DNA of 64,000 nucleotides from NCBI GenBank assembly GCA_000146465.1, contig CP001949.1; one strand, 5' to 3'. Shown piece by piece: positions 59,501 to 64,000 of this stretch (position 1 is its first letter; each line of letters starts with the position of its first letter). The notes under the pieces were generated by a model. It saw only the letters and a program-made list of their open reading frames with translations, ran no database searches and was not told where the DNA came from. The position numbers and the translations under genes were made by a program.

Positions 59501-62500
59501 CTCGTTGTTCAAGACAAAGCTGATTACTTTAAGCATGCATAGAGGTATAGAGAGCTCTGACTTCATCGGGAATTTTGTTTTTGAGAATTCAAAGGTGGTA
59601 TGGAAGGATGGGCCTCTTGTCAGAGCAATGAAGAACGGAGAAGCATTCCTGATTGACGAAATCAATTTGGCGGAGGATTCTGTGCTTGAACGACTCAACA
59701 GTGTTTTGGAACCACAGCGCACCCTATACATAACGGAGACAGGAAAAGAGGTGGTTGCACACGAAGGATTTCGAATACTGGCGACTATGAATCCAGGAGG
59801 GGATTTTGGAAAAAGAGAGTTAAGCCCAGCACTTAGAAATAGATTTTCGGAGATGTACTTTGAAGTCTCCTCGGATGAGATTCCTCTGGTATTTGATCAT
59901 CTCATAGATAAACGGCTTGAAGAAGTAGGTATGCCAAAGGAGAGCAGAGATATGTTCAAGTCTTTGGCGAGGTCACTTGATACGTCTATCAGGAAGCTTG
60001 AACTTGTGGTTGATTTTATATACAGGCGCTATACTGGGAGATTTGAAGAGGTTGTTTGCATGGAGATGTTTGATGCAATAAGTGCATGGAGAGAAGCACT
60101 AGAAATTATCGAGGCGAACAGTTCTGAAATAGAGACGAGATACATTGAAAACGAAAAGATGTTTGGGGCGTTTCCATACCTAGTAGGATACAAAAACCCA
60201 TCCTCATTTGATTTTGAATCTAAAACACCTACTTTAAATCTTAGGAGAGTACTCCGAGCGATGGGATTGGGAAGAGGAATTATGCTGGAGGGAGATCCTG
60301 GAATAGGAAAGACAAGTATAGTGCAGGAGATAGCGCGAAAGATGGGGAAAAAGTGTATTAGAGTGAATCTAAGCGAGCAAACGGAGCTATGCGATCTGAT
60401 CGGAAGTTATCTCCCAATTGACGGGGAAATCCGCTTTGTAGAAAGTGAGTTACTACACAGTCTTAGGAACGGAGGATGGATAATTCTTGACGAGATTAAT
60501 CTTTGTACTCAGAGTGTGATTGAAGGATTGAATTCTGTGCTAGACTACAGAAGAAAGCTCTTTATACCTGAAGTCACAGTTGATGTTCATAGGGACACCC
60601 GAATATTTGCAACTCTCAATCCATGCAGCTCTATAAATGGACGAAAGATGCTTCCAAAAAGCTTTCTTGATAGGTTTGTAAGAATCAAGATGGACGGGTA
60701 CACGGCGGACGACATTGCACAAATCCTCCACAAGATGTTTCCAAGACCTGTGATAGTGAGTTCGGCCAGTCTAAGAGAAAATATCCGAGCAAATCAAATG
60801 GGGAGTTTGGAATCTAAGAATATTAACTATTTTATAGATGAGTCTATTGTTAGGATTGGATCTGCTCACATCCAAAGAAAGGGAGGAAACCTGGATTTTG
60901 TACTAGTTCATTCGCAACTCCAGCAGATGGAAATGATCATGAAATGTGTGGAGATGAATATTCCACTTGTTATATCTAGAGGAGTGGGGAGAGATTCATT
61001 ACTTCGGTTTGTATCTTCTGTGTTTGGGCAGGAAATGATGCTCTTCAACTGCCATAAGGATACGGACGTGTGTGATCTTCTCGGGCAATACCAAAAGATG
61101 GAAAATGGAATGTTTGAATGGCGTGATTCTGCAATTGTGCAAGGGATAAAAAGAGGAATGATTGTTGTCTTTACGGGAGTTGAGTTTGTAGAGAAATCTG
61201 TTTTTGACCGGTTAAATCCTTTGTTTGAATCGGAAAGAATATTGAATATATATGAGAGAGGGATTGACACAAATGTTGTAGTTAATCCATCGACACGATT
61301 AATTCTGTTAGTAAAAGAGCCCAGTATGCTATCACCGGCACTACTTGATAGATGTATGCATGTGGAATTGAGTGATAGACTCGACTATATTGATTTGTGG
61401 AAGTTGTTTGTAAGGCAATCCAACTCTAGTTCTGTCTTTCATGAAGACTTTTATGGTCTCTCTATGGACCGCAGCCAAATTGATTTTGGATTGGATTTAA
61501 AGAGATTGAGGTTGTTGGAGGTATGGCCTAGTTTTCTCGGCAGACATCTTTGTGGTGTATGGAATGCTTTGGAGGAATCTAGGATTGACGAGATGTTCCA
61601 ATTCCAAAGAAAAAACATAGAAAATTATGAGATAGATTTTGAAATTCTTCATTTCTACAACAAGATCCGACTTTATGTTGAAACACCAGACGACGATGTG
61701 TCCAAAATTAACCTACTTAAAAGCATTTCTACCATGAGCTCTGAAGATCGGAAAGCAGTGGCATTTATCAAGTCTGCAGATCTCTCGATCTTTAGCCGTT
61801 TTCATGATCAAGGAGGGTGTTCTCTTAACTTCCCGAAATCATCCAGAGATCTAAAAGTAAAGGCCATCAGGTGCCTTCGAGATAAGAAGTTTTCTGATTA
61901 CAAAAAGTTAAGAATGATTGTGGAGCAGCTTCCGGATGTGGAATGGCTTCTCCATTCCGACTTCGATATGTTTTTCTTTGAGTTTATCGAAAGATGCTTA
62001 AATGATCCTCTGGAGATGGTAAGGAAAGGATTGATAGCAGAGATGAATGAGTTTGAAAACAAAAGCCTTTCGGAGATATATGGTACTATGAAGAATATGT
62101 ACAAATATGGAAAGGGATCTATAGAGAAGATGGTGGATAGATATGAAAAGGGTATCCAGGAATATAAGGCCAAAATCCAGGAGATTGAAGGAAGGATGAA
62201 CAGAGACTACCTGAAGTTTAGGAATTCCTTAAGAGGCCTAGACTTTTGCTCATATATGTGCGGAGATAAGGCCTTATACTCAGAATTCGATGATATTTTG
62301 GACTATTATTTGATATACTTGTTTTATAGGTGGTCAAACGGAGAAGGATGCTCGGGAATGTGTAAAATCAAGCGCATAGGGGTAGATTGTACGAAATACG
62401 GGGACAGAAATAGTGTTGAAGAAGAATCTGGAGACTATGCGAGCTATGGTATCCTGTGCTTAAACTTAATTGACCGCGGTTTGGAGATTCTTCCACTCTT

Positions 62501-64000
62501 AGGGAAGATTGACTGCAAGTCTTTAGGACATGAATTTTCAAGATATCTAAACTCGTTGTACTACTCGAGGTCGGTGGACAGACATAGTTTGATTTTGGAG
62601 GGAATTATATTCGACAGAAGGATACATGTCAAGGAAGCCGATTGGATTGATCATCTGTTAGAGTTTAAGGAAAAAGATCTGAACAGGTGCCTAATGTTAG
62701 TGTTCAAAGTCAAGGGAAGGGCTCAGATTATTGAAAGGGAAACAACCCGTTTGGAAATAGAAGAGAAGTTGGTCGACCTTATGGATCAAGAAATGCTAGA
62801 GCTCCCTATATTCACAAGCATTGGGTATCTCATGGAATATGGAAGGAAAAAAGTAGATTCTGAAGACTACGAAGCTCTTCTACAGAAGGACATAAGTAAC
62901 GCAGACTCAGACTCGGATAAGATCTTGGAATCGACAATAGTTATATCAGGACATCGGGACAAGAGAAATTCCAGTGCTGATAAAGAGTTTGGACTCCATT
63001 CCATAATGGAAGCCTTAGAGAGATTTTATAAGGATACGTCTGTCTGTGACATAGAGAGAAACTACAAGTACTTTCTGTACCTAATCACAACGCCATTTGA
63101 CTTTGAGATGGCTGAAAGATATTTTCTGGACTGTTCTGTTTATGAGTTTGTGGACAGGATTAGACATGCACGGGAAATGGCAGTTAAGAATGAAGACCCC
63201 GTTTTCTACAATGTGACTTTGAAGTACGTTTCATTTGAAGTAGAAAGTGCTTATGAAGATAGAATTCGAGATGCTAAGTCGAAATTAAGGAAGGAACCCA
63301 AGCTATTTAGAAAGACCCTGGAGGATTTGAAGAAGTTCCTTATATTACCTGTCACAAATGTTCTAAATCTTAAGTTTCCTCAACCGTATCCTCTTTGCCA
63401 GGGATATCATCCCAATGTATGTGCAAGCCTCCTTAGGGAGAGATCGGATTGCGAATGTGAGGATTGGATTGAGTTTTCAAAGAAGTTTGACCGAAAAGAA
63501 GTTGAAAGAATTTTTGAAAACAACAAAGTGAAAAAGAAAGATGTACTTGGGCGCTTCCTTAACAGGATGCCTGAAAAGATGTTTTCTAACTCCGAAGTAT
63601 GCCTAGGTAAGATTGTTAATCAAATGACAGAGGACAGAGCAATAATGGGTCTTACTCTTGCATGTATCGAGAATCCATACATCCCACTTATGTATTTCAC
63701 ATTTATATTTGGGCGTCGAGAAGAAGAGGTTTCCGAGGAGGAAACAGGAATGAAGAGCGGAACGGGAAATGTCAATGTGAGTGACCAAATTAAACATGAA
63801 GATGAGATAGATGATGAGTATGGAGAGCGAGAGAAAGTAAGTGAAAGTGATGGGATAGATTTTGACAATGATGGAAGTGTCTCGACGGTTTCCGAGTCTG
63901 AGGAAGAAGAATATGAAAGCGGAGTAGATGGATACAATGAAGAAGAGAGTGAAAAAGATGAAAATGAAAACGAAGAAGAACTCAAGAATGAACAAGATAC
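56586..64000 (+). CDS. MDN1: Midasin (MDN1/Rea1) giant AAA+ ATPase, N-terminal about 2470 aa, truncated at the window end
   Basis: Single open frame from ATG about 56586 to the last base, checked in-frame at several points. Tandem AAA modules with P-loops GDTGVGKTS (about 57540), GDTSTGKTS (about 58570), GETGIGKTK (about 59465) and GDPGIGKTS (about 60300), plus degenerate ones. Walker B-like hhhhDE motifs follow each (LLLDEINL, VILDELNL, FLIDEINL, IILDEINL). D/E-rich linker at the 3' end. It is absent from the ORF track because there is no stop codon inside the window. Confidence 0.85.
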   Translation, partial: MKHKKQKTGEARVGSLEKFERLAREAVDLKVPVGVYGEVGRSSLVSRLHSGIYSKGGRLVEIDSREITDARTLGGFYAVKEGDVEYMKGLLIESMERGDWVLFKRIDKNHGLMQYLFTVVKYRRLLGNDGREVLAHEDFRIFFTSNDILDMDDIVFVGPLGFMFEEAMMMFEIACVRQLLMKVFEVISTHWKGCSKEKGEECQRSCLKIACKNNGWCLFKESTVCGAHFRSLQRIKKRLEGSNGTKTEERVKVYQSVCNVLLRHDSDSLRYLLALTDIPDISLHGLDFAKTSSVEWGIFNLLWNIKNRDHTLLIGDTGVGKTSMIQYLSSKSHFFLGVATKLRVVNMSADFDGTDLIGGYGTLDINKAIERICNQERLSTPVCYGNKEKLEYLREKLSLRKEDGLKHEGAIKKIDDLLKLLEKKVHFVYKKGILTECMENGEWLLLDEINLSSEETLDLIDGVLGKKEILLYESGDLRPLEIHPGFMLFGCMNPGGDFGKKKYEGVEFNSVHIHDFSTSLKDINLVIHSVLKYEISEERKSKIGEFFLELKNKVRKGELGNIVEPLISGRSLVRVLNFIRRRAEKGFEQSVWEGFDLFVFTQLDFVSRSIAISLLSKYFATQSLSVERTKVKDGFVLTHRIQTYLRIMELGVLSNCPLLLQGDTSTGKTSMVLFLSKEMNKRVIRINNHEHTEASDYIGSFTCTSRGVEFQEGVLVTAMRRGYWVILDELNLASSDVLEVLNRLLDDNKQIYIPEIDEVVVPHENFRVFATQNIGYGGRKGLSKAFRNRFVEMFFNEGGEEEILEILHGGSGLPKSFCKKMVEVYSGLRSKRSVNALVTLRDLFKWSGRVPRSLSEVCFLGMSIIYERQREEKDRRWVFQVFSESFGEVEVERYGRIITGKEDKEEIVIGKKGTNLKDLSLAAEELYGKKLVFTDTFRKMISLTVLAWESKEPILIVGETGIGKTKICDVVSSLFKTKLITLSMHRGIESSDFIGNFVFENSKVVWKDGPLVRAMKNGEAFLIDEINLAEDSVLERLNSVLEPQRTLYITETGKEVVAHEGFRILATMNPGGDFGKRELSPALRNRFSEMYFEVSSDEIPLVFDHLIDKRLEEVGMPKESRDMFKSLARSLDTSIRKLELVVDFIYRRYTGRFEEVVCMEMFDAISAWREALEIIEANSSEIETRYIENEKMFGAFPYLVGYKNPSSFDFESKTPTLNLRRVLRAMGLGRGIMLEGDPGIGKTSIVQEIARKMGKKCIRVNLSEQTELCDLIGSYLPIDGEIRFVESELLHSLRNGGWIILDEINLCTQSVIEGLNSVLDYRRKLFIPEVTVDVHRDTRIFATLNPCSSINGRKMLPKSFLDRFVRIKMDGYTADDIAQILHKMFPRPVIVSSASLRENIRANQMGSLESKNINYFIDESIVRIGSAHIQRKGGNLDFVLVHSQLQQMEMIMKCVEMNIPLVISRGVGRDSLLRFVSSVFGQEMMLFNCHKDTDVCDLLGQYQKMENGMFEWRDSAIVQGIKRGMIVVFTGVEFVEKSVFDRLNPLFESERILNIYERGIDTNVVVNPSTRLILLVKEPSMLSPALLDRCMHVELSDRLDYIDLWKLFVRQSNSSSVFHEDFYGLSMDRSQIDFGLDLKRLRLLEVWPSFLGRHLCGVWNALEESRIDEMFQFQRKNIENYEIDFEILHFYNKIRLYVETPDDDVSKINLLKSISTMSSEDRKAVAFIKSADLSIFSRFHDQGGCSLNFPKSSRDLKVKAIRCLRDKKFSDYKKLRMIVEQLPDVEWLLHSDFDMFFFEFIERCLNDPLEMVRKGLIAEMNEFENKSLSEIYGTMKNMYKYGKGSIEKMVDRYEKGIQEYKAKIQEIEGRMNRDYLKFRNSLRGLDFCSYMCGDKALYSEFDDILDYYLIYLFYRWSNGEGCSGMCKIKRIGVDCTKYGDRNSVEEESGDYASYGILCLNLIDRGLEILPLLGKIDCKSLGHEFSRYLNSLYYSRSVDRHSLILEGIIFDRRIHVKEADWIDHLLEFKEKDLNRCLMLVFKVKGRAQIIERETTRLEIEEKLVDLMDQEMLELPIFTSIGYLMEYGRKKVDSEDYEALLQKDISNADSDSDKILESTIVISGHRDKRNSSADKEFGLHSIMEALERFYKDTSVCDIERNYKYFLYLITTPFDFEMAERYFLDCSVYEFVDRIRHAREMAVKNEDPVFYNVTLKYVSFEVESAYEDRIRDAKSKLRKEPKLFRKTLEDLKKFLILPVTNVLNLKFPQPYPLCQGYHPNVCASLLRERSDCECEDWIEFSKKFDRKEVERIFENNKVKKKDVLGRFLNRMPEKMFSNSEVCLGKIVNQMTEDRAIMGLTLACIENPYIPLMYFTFIFGRREEEVSEEETGMKSGTGNVNVSDQIKHEDEIDDEYGEREKVSESDGIDFDNDGSVSTVSESEEEEYESGVDGYNEEESEKDENENEEELKNEQD

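Noticed and set aside
1-64000. Prokaryotic interpretation: operons, defence island, CRISPR array
   Set aside because: The gene content is unmistakably eukaryotic (bromodomains, proteasome, CDK, SPT4, midasin, DHHC, eukaryotic ribosomal proteins). The only bacterial-type gene (NTT) is a known ancient HGT in microsporidia. No direct-repeat/spacer array is present; the only tandem repeats are coding.

Overview
This 64-kb window looks like a very gene-dense, almost intron-free eukaryotic segment. Genes sit on both strands, intergenic spacers are typically 0-150 bp, and some start and stop codons overlap. The gene content matches a microsporidian genome (or a very close reduced relative), for four reasons. 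First, it encodes a 12-TM TLC-type ATP/ADP nucleotide transporter (NTT). Second, well-known eukaryotic proteins are shorter than usual. Third, it has only mitosome-era, host-dependent metabolism: G6PD, DPH6, the V-ATPase d subunit and SBDS. Fourth, several start codons are preceded by CCC/GGG plus AAATTT-like motifs, an Encephalitozoon-like signal. GC content is about 40%.

I call about 60 protein genes plus one tRNA-Thr(UGU). The most confident calls are DRG GTPase, prenyltransferase beta subunit, NTT, a Pol-I-type zinc-ribbon subunit, a TLC/LAG1-like protein, a GATA factor, a RING-H2 E3, SAC1, two DHHC palmitoyltransferases, SPX-EXS, TRM1, three protein kinases (CAMK-like, Wee1-like, CDK), RRS1, V-ATPase subunit d, Pus10-like, two bromodomain proteins (one BET double-bromo), uL16, eL6, proteasome alpha and beta subunits, SDO1, SPT4, ArfGAP, an Nse4-like protein, TBCC-like, DPH6, G6PD and METTL5-like.

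Two caveats on coordinates. The supplied ORF track uses non-ATG (TTG/GTG/CTG) starts, so for a eukaryote I have moved many starts to the first in-frame ATG. The track also misses the largest gene in the window, a more than 2470-codon midasin/Rea1 ORF (56586 to the window end) that has no stop codon inside the window. Coordinates are hand-counted and may be off by ±1 nt.

I found no prokaryote-style defence island or CRISPR array. The parts most worth a second look are a tandem pair of secreted beta-trefoil/ricin-B-like paralogues, two further secreted low-complexity/repeat proteins, a candidate 26-nt intron placed immediately after the ATG of the eL6 gene, and extensive start/stop codon overlaps.
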